From Escherichia phage MLF4: a stretch of 64,000 bases of DNA. Under the pieces are notes generated by a model, which worked only from the letters and a program-made list of their open reading frames with translations, was not told the DNA's origin and did no database searches. Location: sequence record NC_055780.1; one strand, written 5' to 3'. A program made the translations under genes and the position numbers. Positions 55,532 through 64,000 of the stretch are shown in pieces. How positions within the stretch are numbered: position 1 is the stretch's first letter; each line of letters opens with the position of its first letter.

Positions 55532-55726
55532 ATGTTAGGTTATCAAGCACGAGTAAAAGAAGAATACGATCAATTAATGCTCAAAATTAATGCGCTGAGC
55601 AAATTTTTAGAAAGCACAAAGTTTATAACGATTAATGAAGTTGAGCAAGAATTACTGCTTTCACAATTCATCTCAATGAAATCTTACGCAGATTGTTTAG
55701 AGAAAAGAATTGCACAATTCAAATAA
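55532..55726 (+). CDS. hypothetical protein (64 aa)
   Basis: SD AAGGAAAATTATG. Confidence 0.4.
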   Translation: MLGYQARVKEEYDQLMLKINALSKFLESTKFITINEVEQELLLSQFISMKSYADCLEKRIAQFK

Positions 55727-55732
55727 AGTAAA

Positions 55733-55753
55733 GGGCTTCGGCCCTTTTGTTTT
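55733..55753 (+). terminator. intrinsic terminator (GGGCTTCGGCCC + TTTTGTTTT)
   Basis: UUCG hairpin plus T-run. Confidence 0.65.
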
Positions 55754-55764
55754 AAGGGAAAATT

Positions 55765-56094
55765 ATGATTTATTGTATGAATATCGGTGATTCCGATATA
55801 AAAGAGATTAAACTGCACGGAAATCATCACGCTAATATTGTGTACTGTAATAAATTTGAGTTTGGTCACGAAAAACTTGGGTTTCTTTACTGTAATGATG
55901 TTATAGTCATGGATAAAAAGGAGCTCGATGAACTTGACCGCGAGTCTTTAGATGAAAATGACCGAATTTATTACGGCACTCTTAAAGTATATAACGCTTA
56001 TCTCAGTGGTAAAAAGGAAAGTCTAAATGCAGAAAACGAATCCGGGTTTACAGAGACTATTTCAGATTCCGACATTTACCCTATCGAACGGTGA
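55765..56094 (+). CDS. hypothetical protein (109 aa)
   Basis: SD AAGGGAAAATTATG. Confidence 0.4.
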   Translation: MIYCMNIGDSDIKEIKLHGNHHANIVYCNKFEFGHEKLGFLYCNDVIVMDKKELDELDRESLDENDRIYYGTLKVYNAYLSGKKESLNAENESGFTETISDSDIYPIER

Positions 56095-56584
56095 CTTGAC
56101 TAGTGAAATGAAGGTCAAAATTGCTGATACAGCAAGATACTCTTTAAAACAAAATCCGAATCAGGATAAGGCAGAAGTTATCGAAAGATGCCGTATCGCT
56201 GTGTACGCAGAGTTTTTTGTAGCAGATTGGCTGAGCGGGTATGTTAACAAAGGTCAAGAAGATGTCGATGATCCGTACACATATGCATGGGATGTATTGG
56301 CGCATCCAAAATACTGTGGGCTTCGTGTAGAAGTTAAGACACATCAAACTGACTCACGTTGGATTTCGGTTACAACAGGATGCAGCGGAGAGTATCCATA
56401 TGGTTCTGGAATAAATCTAGGGCCCATTCTGAATCATCAGGTCGCTGACTGTATAATTATATTCAACACTAAAGAAATTCATCCAGGTGTCATCCAGTAC
56501 ACTCCGAAGTTCATCGGTGACAGAGAAGACCTTCGTAAGGTTGTAAGAAAAAGCAACTACAACGGATGGTATCTTTCCATTTAA
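56027..56584 (+). CDS. hypothetical protein (185 aa); possibly endonuclease IV DenB
   Basis: Length and map position match T4 denB; start may be an internal ATG because of the 68-nt overlap with the upstream ORF. Confidence 0.4.
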   Translation: MQKTNPGLQRLFQIPTFTLSNGDLTSEMKVKIADTARYSLKQNPNQDKAEVIERCRIAVYAEFFVADWLSGYVNKGQEDVDDPYTYAWDVLAHPKYCGLRVEVKTHQTDSRWISVTTGCSGEYPYGSGINLGPILNHQVADCIIIFNTKEIHPGVIQYTPKFIGDREDLRKVVRKSNYNGWYLSI

Positions 56585-56601
56585 AAAATTTTCACAAAAC
56601 G

Positions 56602-56631
56602 GTTTACATACCACAAGGACCGTGGTACTAT
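56602..56631 (+). promoter_or_regulatory. T4-type early promoter
   Basis: GTTTACA + 17 bp + TGGTACTAT + leader ATCAACTACGGAGGAGCGGAAAATG. Confidence 0.65.
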
Positions 56632-56659
56632 ATAACTATCAACTACGGAGGAGCGGAAA

Positions 56660-56923
56660 ATGAAATTTAAATTTTATTACGCTAAACATAAAATAACTGA
56701 TGAGTTTGTGTCAGTTGAATATTCTAGCGATGATGAAGGTATGATTTATACTCGCTTGGGACTATCGCATTGGGAGTCTGATACGCCTTATTTTTCAACT
56801 CCCGAAGAAATTACACGCTTAGTTAATGGTCATATGAATGACCACTGGAATGTAATTCTTTCAGATAGTCTTAAAGCGGCTATTAATAGTAATGAAATGA
56901 AAATCGCTGAGATTGAACTATGA
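56660..56923 (+). CDS. hypothetical protein (87 aa)
   Basis: First ORF after early promoter. Confidence 0.45.
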   Translation: MKFKFYYAKHKITDEFVSVEYSSDDEGMIYTRLGLSHWESDTPYFSTPEEITRLVNGHMNDHWNVILSDSLKAAINSNEMKIAEIEL

Positions 56924-57107
56924 GTTCATTGTGGTGGTGTTTTATTTGGTTAATTAGTATTCCATTAATTTGTTTAACATTTACTTTTGTGATGAGGTTA
57001 TTATGAAAATTTTGAATTCTGTGCTTATTGCTTGTGCGTGGTGGGTTGCGCAAGTTTCAGCGGTAGTAGTTGGTATTCACATTTATTACGAATATTTTTA
57101 AAAAAGT

Positions 57108-57138
57108 TGTTTACAAGACTGTTCCTCTGTGGTATTAT
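57108..57138 (+). promoter_or_regulatory. T4-type early promoter
   Basis: GTTTACA + 18 bp + TGGTATTAT + leader ATCAACTACGGAGGAACAGAAAATG. Confidence 0.6.
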
Positions 57139-57166
57139 TACCCTATCAACTACGGAGGAACAGAAA

Positions 57167-57280
57167 ATGAAAAAGATTGTTAAAGCTATATGGAATGTAG
57201 TTATAATATTAGTAGTTTTGAGTATATTCCCAATCGTTTTAATGATTGATGTATTAAACGTTTACTTTGGATTTATGTGA
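57167..57280 (+). CDS. hypothetical tiny membrane peptide (37 aa)
   Basis: ATG with strong SD directly downstream of early promoter; one hydrophobic helix; track ORF 57032..57280 trimmed. Confidence 0.4.
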   Translation: MKKIVKAIWNVVIILVVLSIFPIVLMIDVLNVYFGFM

Positions 57281-57287
57281 GGAAAAT

Positions 57288-57485
57288 ATGAAGCGTAAAC
57301 GCAGTGCTTTTACATTTATTGAATGGTTTTTCGATAATATTTTTCCGGCTTTATTCATTTTCATGCTGATTTTTGCCTTAGGTTCAGTTGTAGTTGGAAT
57401 CTATTTGATGGCGGTAGTCGGAATGGATATTCATCAAAATGGTTTAAAATCCGTAGTTGAAACAATTTGGAATGGTGTAAAATGA
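57288..57485 (+). CDS. hypothetical small membrane protein (65 aa)
   Basis: Start at ATG after SD GAGGAAAATATG; track ORF 57267..57485 trimmed. Confidence 0.35.
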   Translation: MKRKRSAFTFIEWFFDNIFPALFIFMLIFALGSVVVGIYLMAVVGMDIHQNGLKSVVETIWNGVK

Positions 57486-57600
57486 TGAATTTGTTGAGCG
57501 GTTGGTTTTATATTCTTATGTTTTACATTGGTGCAAATTTCCCATATTGGATGGGATGGTCAACAACTGCATTTGGATTTTATACTCCTTGAGGTGAATT

Positions 57601-57816
57601 ATGAAAAGTTTTAAAGATGTAAAAGTTGGTGAAATTTTTTGTTTAGATAACGGTGATCAGTTAATTCGTATTTCACCTCTTAAGAGCACTAGCGAGAAAC
57701 CGACAGTTAATGCTACTTTAGCAAATAATAGTAATGAACGTTTCTGTATTGAAAATGATACTGAAACTTACACCGTAGAAGAATTCTGGGAATTGAGCGT
57801 CGACTGCGACGAGTAA
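57601..57816 (+). CDS. hypothetical protein (71 aa)
   Basis: SD GAGGTGAATTATG. Confidence 0.4.
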   Translation: MKSFKDVKVGEIFCLDNGDQLIRISPLKSTSEKPTVNATLANNSNERFCIENDTETYTVEEFWELSVDCDE

Positions 57817-57876
57817 TTTAATGGCCGTGTGTATTCATGCGGCCTTGGAGTAGAAAATAATTTAGAGGAAATTAAT

Positions 57877-58335
57877 ATGAAATATATGACTGTTACTGAT
57901 CTGAACAACGCAGGTGCTACTGTTATTGGTACAATCAAGGGTGGTGAATGGTTTTTGGGAACTCCGCATAAAGATATTTTATCTAAACCTGGATTTTACT
58001 TTTTAGTAAGTAAATTAGATGGTCGTCCATTTAGTAATCCATGCGTGTCTGCACGATTTTATGTAGGTAATCAGCGTTCTAAGCAAGGATTCAGTGCAGT
58101 TCTAAGTCATATTCGTCAACGTCGGTCTCAGCTTGCACGTACTATTGCAAATAACAATGTTCCATACACAGTATTTTATCTGCCTGCTTCTAAGATGAAA
58201 CCTCTGACGACAGGATTTGGTAAAGGTCAGTTAGCTTTGGCGTTTACTCGTAATCATCATTCTGAGTATCAAACACTTGAAGAAATGAACCGTATGTTGG
58301 CTGATAACTTTAAATTCGTTTTGCAGGCATATTAA
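57877..58335 (+). CDS. ndd: nucleoid disruption protein Ndd
   Basis: 152 codons from ATG after SD GAGGAAATTAATATG; [23 protein letters not shown]... matches my recollection of T4 Ndd. Confidence 0.75.
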
Positions 58336-58415
58336 TGAGTAATTTCCACAACGAACACGTGATGCAGTTCTATCGTAACAATCTTAAAACTAAAGGTGTC
58401 TTCGGACGCCAGTGA
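58335..58415 (+). CDS. stp: Stp peptide (26 aa; host anticodon-nuclease PrrC interaction)
   Basis: Translation [26 protein letters not shown] matches my recollection of T4 Stp exactly; ATG overlaps ndd stop. Confidence 0.8.
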
Positions 58416-58422
58416 GGAAAAT

Positions 58423-58581
58423 ATGAATATCGCAAAATTATTAGGAGTTATTTCATTTATTTGTTGGATAGTAGCATGTGTTTTAACTATCTGTATTGAT
58501 GCCAGCAGTGTGTTTTCGCAAGCTTTAGCTCAGGGTATGTGTGCATATTTAACATTTGTGTTGTTATCTACTAATGATTAA
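58423..58581 (+). CDS. small membrane protein (52 aa); possibly the ac (acridine-sensitivity) homolog
   Basis: Start at ATG after SD GAGGAAAATATG; hydrophobic; position between stp and 52. Confidence 0.4.
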   Translation: MNIAKLLGVISFICWIVACVLTICIDASSVFSQALAQGMCAYLTFVLLSTND

Positions 58582-58718
58582 GAAAATCTTGGGCTATTCA
58601 TTAGCCCTTGCTATTTTATTGATAGCATTATATTACGGAATAATGTTCGGATTAATTCAAGTCGTGCTTTTCATTTCTGATGTTATTATGGCACTACATT
58701 CACTAGTATGGTAAATTT

Positions 58719-60047
58719 ATGCAACTGAATAATCGCGATTTAAAAAGTATCATTGATAATGAAGCATTGGCTTATGCTATGTACACGGTTGAAAATCGTG
58801 CTATTCCAAATATGATTGATGGATTTAAGCCAGTTCAACGATTTGTTATTGCTCGAGCTCTTGATTTGGCACGAGGAAATAAAGATAAGTTTCACAAACT
58901 CGCTTCTATTGCAGGTGGTGTAGCGGACCTTGGATATCATCATGGCGAAAACTCTGCACAAGATGCAGGTGCTTTGATGGCGAATACTTGGAACAATAAC
59001 TTTCCTCTGTTAGATGGTCAAGGAAACTTTGGTTCTCGTACCGTTCAAAAAGCAGCGGCAAGTCGTTATATTTTTGCTCGTGTAAGTAAAAATTTCTATA
59101 ACGTATATAAAGATACTGAATATGCTCCGGTACATCAAGATAAAGAACACATTCCGCCTGCTTTCTATTTGCCTATTATTCCTACTGTTCTTCTTAATGG
59201 TGTTTCCGGTATTGCAACTGGTTATGCAACTTACATTCTTCCTCATAGTGTTTCTTCTGTCAAGAAAGCTGTATTACAAGCTCTTCAAGGAAAGAAAGTA
59301 ACTAAACCGAAGGTAGAATTCCCAGAATTTCGTGGTGAAGTCGTTGAAATTGATGGGCAATATGAAATTCGTGGAACATATAAGTTTACTTCACGAACTC
59401 AAATGCATATCACTGAGATTCCGTATAAGTATGATCGTGAAACTTATGTGAGTAAAATCTTAGACCCACTTGAAGATAAAGGCTTCATTACATGGGATGA
59501 TGCTTGTGGTGAGCATGGTTTTGGCTTTAAAGTTAAATTCCGTAAAGAATATTCTTTGAGCGATAATGAAGAAGAACGCCACGCAAAAATTATGAAAGAC
59601 TTCGGGTTGATTGAGCGTCGTTCTCAGAATATTACGGTTATTAATGAGAAAGGAAAACTACAAGTTTACGATAACGTAGTTGATTTAATCAAAGACTTCG
59701 TTGAAGTTCGTAAAACTTACGTCCAAAAACGAATTGATAACAAAATCAAAGAAACTGAATCAGCTTTTCGTTTAGCCTTTGCCAAGGCACATTTCATTAA
59801 GAAAGTAATTTCAGGTGAAATTGTTGTGCAAGGTAAAACTCGCAAAGAACTGACCGAAGAACTTTCTAAAATTGATATGTATTCTTCTTATGTTGATAAA
59901 CTGGTTGGAATGAATATTTTTCATATGACTTCTGATGAAGCAAAGAAACTTGCTGAAGAAGCTAAAGCTAAAAAAGAAGAAAACGAATATTGGAAAACTA
60001 CTGATGTAGTTACAGAATACACCAAAGATTTAGAGGAAATCAAATGA
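58719..60047 (+). CDS. 52: DNA topoisomerase II medium subunit gp52 (GyrA-like)
   Basis: 442-aa product MQLNNRDLKSIIDNEALAYAMYTVENRAIPNMIDGFKPVQRFV... recognised as T4 gp52. Confidence 0.92.
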   Translation: MQLNNRDLKSIIDNEALAYAMYTVENRAIPNMIDGFKPVQRFVIARALDLARGNKDKFHKLASIAGGVADLGYHHGENSAQDAGALMANTWNNNFPLLDGQGNFGSRTVQKAAASRYIFARVSKNFYNVYKDTEYAPVHQDKEHIPPAFYLPIIPTVLLNGVSGIATGYATYILPHSVSSVKKAVLQALQGKKVTKPKVEFPEFRGEVVEIDGQYEIRGTYKFTSRTQMHITEIPYKYDRETYVSKILDPLEDKGFITWDDACGEHGFGFKVKFRKEYSLSDNEEERHAKIMKDFGLIERRSQNITVINEKGKLQVYDNVVDLIKDFVEVRKTYVQKRIDNKIKETESAFRLAFAKAHFIKKVISGEIVVQGKTRKELTEELSKIDMYSSYVDKLVGMNIFHMTSDEAKKLAEEAKAKKEENEYWKTTDVVTEYTKDLEEIK

Positions 60048-60198
60048 GTCCATTCATAGGTATTACAAGCGCTGCATTAGTATCCGGTAGCATTTTACTG
60101 GCGGGTTTAGGTGTTGTTCCAGCCGTAGCAGGAGGTCTTCTTGCGTTCGGAATTCAACGTGTTATCATGACAGTTATCACAGTCATGCAGTAATTTTT

Positions 60199-60229
60199 AG
60201 GGAGAGCCGAGGCTCTCCCTTTTTATTTT
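60199..60229 (+). terminator. intrinsic terminator (AGGGAGAGCC-GAGG-CTCTCCCT + T-run)
   Basis: 9-bp GC-rich stem followed by TTTTTATTTT. Confidence 0.7.
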
Positions 60230-60249
60230 AAAATTTTTTTCACAAAACG

Positions 60250-60279
60250 GTTTACAACCAAAGCATACTGTGGTACTAT
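60250..60279 (+). promoter_or_regulatory. T4-type early promoter
   Basis: GTTTACA + 17 bp + TGGTACTAT + leader ATCAACTACTGATACAG. Confidence 0.65.
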
Positions 60280-60320
60280 ATAATTATCAACTACTGATAC
60301 AGAATTACGGAGATTAGAAA

Positions 60321-60956
60321 ATGTCTAAAGTAACTTACATCATCAAAGCTTCTAACGATGTTCTGAATGAAAAAACTGCTGCGATTTTAATTACTATTGC
60401 TAAGAAAGATTTCATTACAGCTGCAGAAGTTCGTGAGGTGCATCCAGATTTAGGTAACGCAGTAGTTAATAGTAATATTGGGGTATTAATTAAAAAAGGC
60501 CTGGTAGAGAAATCAGGTGATGGATTAATCATTACAGGCGAAGCTCAGGATATTATTTCAAATGCAGCAACTTTATATGCGCAGGAAAATGCTCCGGAAC
60601 TGCTGAAAAAACGAGCAACTCGTAAAGCTCGCGAGATTACTTCTGATATGGAAGAAGATAAAGACCTCATGTTAAAACTTTTGGATGAAAATGGATTTGT
60701 TCTTAAAAAGGTTGAAACTTATCGCAGTAACTATCTTGCTATTTTAGAAAAACGCACTCACGGAATTCGTAATTTTGAAATTAACAACAATGGAAATATG
60801 CGAATTTTTGGATACAAAATGATGGAACATCATATTCAGAAATTTACTGACATCGGAATGTCATGTAAAATCGCTAAAAACGGTAATGTGTATCTTGACA
60901 TTAAACGCTCGGCAGAAAACATTGAAGCTGTAATCACTGTAGCATCTGAACTGTGA
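60321..60956 (+). CDS. motA: middle-transcription activator MotA
   Basis: 211-aa product MSKVTYIIKASNDVLNEKTAAILITIAKKDFITAAEVREVHPDLGNAVVN... recognised as T4 MotA. Confidence 0.88.
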   Translation: MSKVTYIIKASNDVLNEKTAAILITIAKKDFITAAEVREVHPDLGNAVVNSNIGVLIKKGLVEKSGDGLIITGEAQDIISNAATLYAQENAPELLKKRATRKAREITSDMEEDKDLMLKLLDENGFVLKKVETYRSNYLAILEKRTHGIRNFEINNNGNMRIFGYKMMEHHIQKFTDIGMSCKIAKNGNVYLDIKRSAENIEAVITVASEL

Positions 60957-60966
60957 GGAATAAATA

Positions 60967-61296
60967 ATGAACAAGTTAGAAATTATCAATGAACTTCGTC
61001 GTTGCGCAGAACCTACTCAAGAGGGTTGGGATATTTGGTACCATGGAGCTTATCTTGGAACTATCGTAAAGATTAAGACTGGTAAATATATGATTATTCG
61101 TGAAAGTAAAGATGCTCCAGTAGGTATTCGCAATAATTTTATGGCAGCGATAAGTTCATTTACGGATGCAGCTTACGAAATTTATCTTGCTGATTATAAA
61201 GAATTCCAGGAATCTCAACCGGTTATTCGCTCAATTGGTGTTAACAAAGCTCAACAGAAAACTTTGTGGCAGCGTATTAAAGGATGGTTTAAATGA
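60967..61296 (+). CDS. hypothetical protein (109 aa)
   Basis: SD GAGGAATAAATAATG. Confidence 0.45.
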   Translation: MNKLEIINELRRCAEPTQEGWDIWYHGAYLGTIVKIKTGKYMIIRESKDAPVGIRNNFMAAISSFTDAAYEIYLADYKEFQESQPVIRSIGVNKAQQKTLWQRIKGWFK

Positions 61297-61754
61297 ACCC
61301 ATTTATTAATCGTTTAAAAATGCTGAATGTTCCTTTATCTCGTGAGACTCCAGAAAGTCTTGTTGAAAAATTTAAAGCGCATGGTTATAAATGCACAGAA
61401 GAAGATATTCTGAAAGAAGTTCCTGAAATCTGTTGGCAGACTGCATACTGGGATGAAAACCAAAAGTACCAACGACGAATTGTCTGTGCAGCCAACCGTT
61501 TTAAATTAAAAGATGGACGAACTCTTATTATTCCAGGTGCTCGTCATTATTCTAAAGATATGGCAGAAGTTTTAGATGTAGTTAAACCACAATTAGTTAC
61601 TCAGCAAGTTTGTGATGATGACCAAGGGTTTATTGACCAATATAGTAATTATTGGACACGCGAAGAAGCAATGATTATTGCAACTTACGCTGGACAAGTA
61701 CGTATTGAACGTGGTGGTAGTGAAAAAGAACTTTATTCTGAGGACCTTTACTAA
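61293..61754 (+). CDS. hypothetical protein (153 aa)
   Basis: ATGA overlap with upstream stop. Confidence 0.45.
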   Translation: MNPFINRLKMLNVPLSRETPESLVEKFKAHGYKCTEEDILKEVPEICWQTAYWDENQKYQRRIVCAANRFKLKDGRTLIIPGARHYSKDMAEVLDVVKPQLVTQQVCDDDQGFIDQYSNYWTREEAMIIATYAGQVRIERGGSEKELYSEDLY

Positions 61755-62050
61755 TGAATATTAAACAGTTTCAAATTGATGGAATTATGAATCAAATCCA
61801 GGCACTGGAATATGCCAATAAAATGATGTCAACTAATTGGGGAATTTATACCAATGAGCCGGCATTTCAGTTCTGTAATATTGAATTCACTAAAAAGCTC
61901 GTAGGAAAAGATTATGTATGTCCATTTAGTTCTCCAGTAAATGGAATGCTAAAACCTGCTTTACGCGATCTTTATATTGCGATGAACGAAGAAATGATAA
62001 AAGAATTAAAACGTCAACTGAAGGTGATTCAATTTGGCCAGGGAAATTAA
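61754..62050 (+). CDS. hypothetical protein (98 aa)
   Basis: TAATG overlap with upstream stop. Confidence 0.4.
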   Translation: MNIKQFQIDGIMNQIQALEYANKMMSTNWGIYTNEPAFQFCNIEFTKKLVGKDYVCPFSSPVNGMLKPALRDLYIAMNEEMIKELKRQLKVIQFGQGN

Positions 62051-62252
62051 TTCAAAATCTGATTATTTTAATTCTCTCAATGATAAAGATAAAAATCTAA
62101 TACGGCATTTTATTGTTGAGATGGGATATACGGATACACGCGATTTAAGAGAACATATATTTGAATGTGGTGTAGCTAAAAAGTTTTCATTCACATGCAA
62201 ATGTTTGAGAGAGGTAATTCAGCACTATGAACAATTTAGTCGCAAAGCATAA
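62034..62252 (+). CDS. hypothetical protein, start uncertain
   Basis: Track start is TTG overlapping the upstream ORF; an internal ATG may be the true start. Confidence 0.3.
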   Translation: MAREINSKSDYFNSLNDKDKNLIRHFIVEMGYTDTRDLREHIFECGVAKKFSFTCKCLREVIQHYEQFSRKA

Positions 62253-62335
62253 TTTTAATAAAGCTTCTGTTCATAAAGATAAGAAGAAAGCGTTTAAAGA
62301 ATCTAATCGCAAACAGAAACATAAGGGGAAGGTCT

Positions 62336-62614
62336 ATGATTATTGATTCTCAGTCTGTGGTTCAATACACAATCAAAATTGATATTCTAGAAAAGCTATA
62401 TAAGTTTCTACCAAATTTATACCACTCAATTGTTAATGAATTAGTTGAAGAACTACATCTCGAGAATAATGATTTCTTGATTGGAACTTATAAAGACCTC
62501 TCAAAAGCAGGATATTTTTACGTAATTCCAGCTCCAGGAAAAAGTATCGATGATGTATTAAAAACTATAATGTTTTATGTCCATGATTATGAAATTGAAG
62601 ATTATTTCGAATGA
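62336..62614 (+). CDS. hypothetical protein (92 aa); possibly anti-restriction nuclease Arn
   Basis: Length (92 aa) and position immediately upstream of asiA match T4 arn; acidic protein. Confidence 0.45.
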   Translation: MIIDSQSVVQYTIKIDILEKLYKFLPNLYHSIVNELVEELHLENNDFLIGTYKDLSKAGYFYVIPAPGKSIDDVLKTIMFYVHDYEIEDYFE

Positions 62615-62775
62615 GTCATAATCTTGAAAAGGTAATCGAGCATAATGTAGCTCAGGAACGCGAGTCGTTCAAGGAATTCGTAGAAAAAATTTTTGAAGAA
62701 AATAACACAGACCAGTTTACAAATCAAGCGTCTGATGATATTATAATAAAGTCAACTAATTGAGTGGTATAGTTA

Positions 62776-63048
62776 ATGAATAAAAATATTGATACAGTTC
62801 GTGAAATTATTACTGTTGCGTCTATTTTGATTAAATTTTCCAGAGAAGATATTGTTGAGAATCGTGCTAATTTTATTGCATTTCTAAATGAGATTGGAGT
62901 AACGCATGAAGGTAGAAAATTAAATCAGAATTCATTCCGTAAAATTGTTTCTGAATTAACCCAAGAAGATAAGAAAACCCTCATCGACGAATTCAACGAG
63001 GGTTTTGAGGGTGTATATCGATATCTAGAGATGTATACAAACAAATAA
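62776..63048 (+). CDS. asiA: anti-sigma-70 factor AsiA
   Basis: 90-aa product MNKNIDTVREIITVASILIKFSREDIVENRANFIAFLNEIGV... recognised as T4 AsiA. Confidence 0.88.
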   Translation: MNKNIDTVREIITVASILIKFSREDIVENRANFIAFLNEIGVTHEGRKLNQNSFRKIVSELTQEDKKTLIDEFNEGFEGVYRYLEMYTNK

Positions 63049-63705
63049 TTATTTAGCCCTTCCTAATATTCTGGCCGCCTGAGCACATATTGATTCAAGG
63101 CGGTCATTACTTATATGATCATTTCTATACCAGTACATGGTTATCGTTCCAGCATAGATATTATCCAAATTAAAATATGGACAACTGTACATGTAGTTTA
63201 TTTCGGGAGTAGGCTTTTTAGTTGGTAAAAAAGCAAATTTTGAGTTGGAATAATAATGACGTCCATTTAAATGAACTGCATATTCATCCATAGTTTTATC
63301 AACAGGATATCCTCCAAGTGATTTTTCACTTATTGTTGAAGGTAATTTTCCTTCATATGCTATAATATCGACAAAATAGTTTAAGTTTTTAGGGCGGAAA
63401 GAATACACCGCACTAAAGTCTGCCTCAGATGATATGTGAACTATCTGGAGTTGTTCCAGGGCGACAGATTCAAAGCGTGCATTTCTTTCCTTTTCAATAA
63501 TTTCACTGTATGTTTCATACTTTGATTGCTTATAGTACTCAAAGAAACTATCTCCCCTATACCAAACAATCGCCATCATAAACAAAAGAACTACGACAGC
63601 TACCCGGGAAGCAAGAACTTTCCCGGTAGCGTTATCTTTGAACAAGCGATCTAGAACACCAAATAGAATATCAGAGGGCGAAAATGATATTCTAGGTGCT
63701 GCCAT
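63049..63705 (-). CDS. t: holin T
   Basis: 218-aa minus-strand product MAAPRISFSPSDILFGVLDRLFKDNATGKVLASRVAVV... recognised as T4 holin; SD AAGGAGGGTCTATG. Confidence 0.9.
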   Translation of the reverse strand: MAAPRISFSPSDILFGVLDRLFKDNATGKVLASRVAVVVLLFMMAIVWYRGDSFFEYYKQSKYETYSEIIEKERNARFESVALEQLQIVHISSEADFSAVYSFRPKNLNYFVDIIAYEGKLPSTISEKSLGGYPVDKTMDEYAVHLNGRHYYSNSKFAFLPTKKPTPEINYMYSCPYFNLDNIYAGTITMYWYRNDHISNDRLESICAQAARILGRAK

Positions 63706-63737
63706 AGACCCTCCTTTTAAGGATATTTATTCAAAAA

Positions 63738-64000
<263 letters not shown>

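Overview
This 64-kb window is a contiguous block of a T-even (T4-like, Tequatrovirus) phage genome, reverse-complemented relative to the usual T4 map. No tools were run: gene calls rest on the supplied ORF track plus my recollection of T4 protein sequences and lengths. Nearly every gene is on the + strand in the T4 early/middle gene order: an upstream cluster of uncharacterised ORFs, then nrdC, 49, nrdD, nrdG, 55, a-gt, 47, 46, rpbA, 45, 44, 62, regA, 43, imm, 42, a glycosyltransferase, uvsX, 40, 41, dmd, sp, 61, 56, soc, modB, modA, srd, dda, dexA, 39, rIIA, rIIB, ndd, stp, 52, motA and asiA. The late genes t (holin) and the 3-prime end of gene 38 lie on the - strand at the right edge. Many T4-type early promoters (GTTTAC -35, TATAAT-like -10), MotA-box middle promoters and GGGCTTCGGCCC-type intrinsic terminators are visible. 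The phage is not T4 itself and looks closer to T2/T6: gene 39 is one fused 605-codon ORF, nrdD is uninterrupted, no homing-endonuclease genes were recognised, the beta-gt slot holds a different DxD glycosyltransferase, and gene 38 ends in a glycine-rich adhesin-type tail. I did not find an obvious self-contained novel system. The best candidates for follow-up are a strongly ribosome-bound antisense membrane ORF in the 61-56 gap, a glutaredoxin-like gene with no AUG start, a nucleotidyltransferase plus ATPase pair, and several tandem paralog arrays. Regulatory coordinates are approximate (about +/-3 nt).
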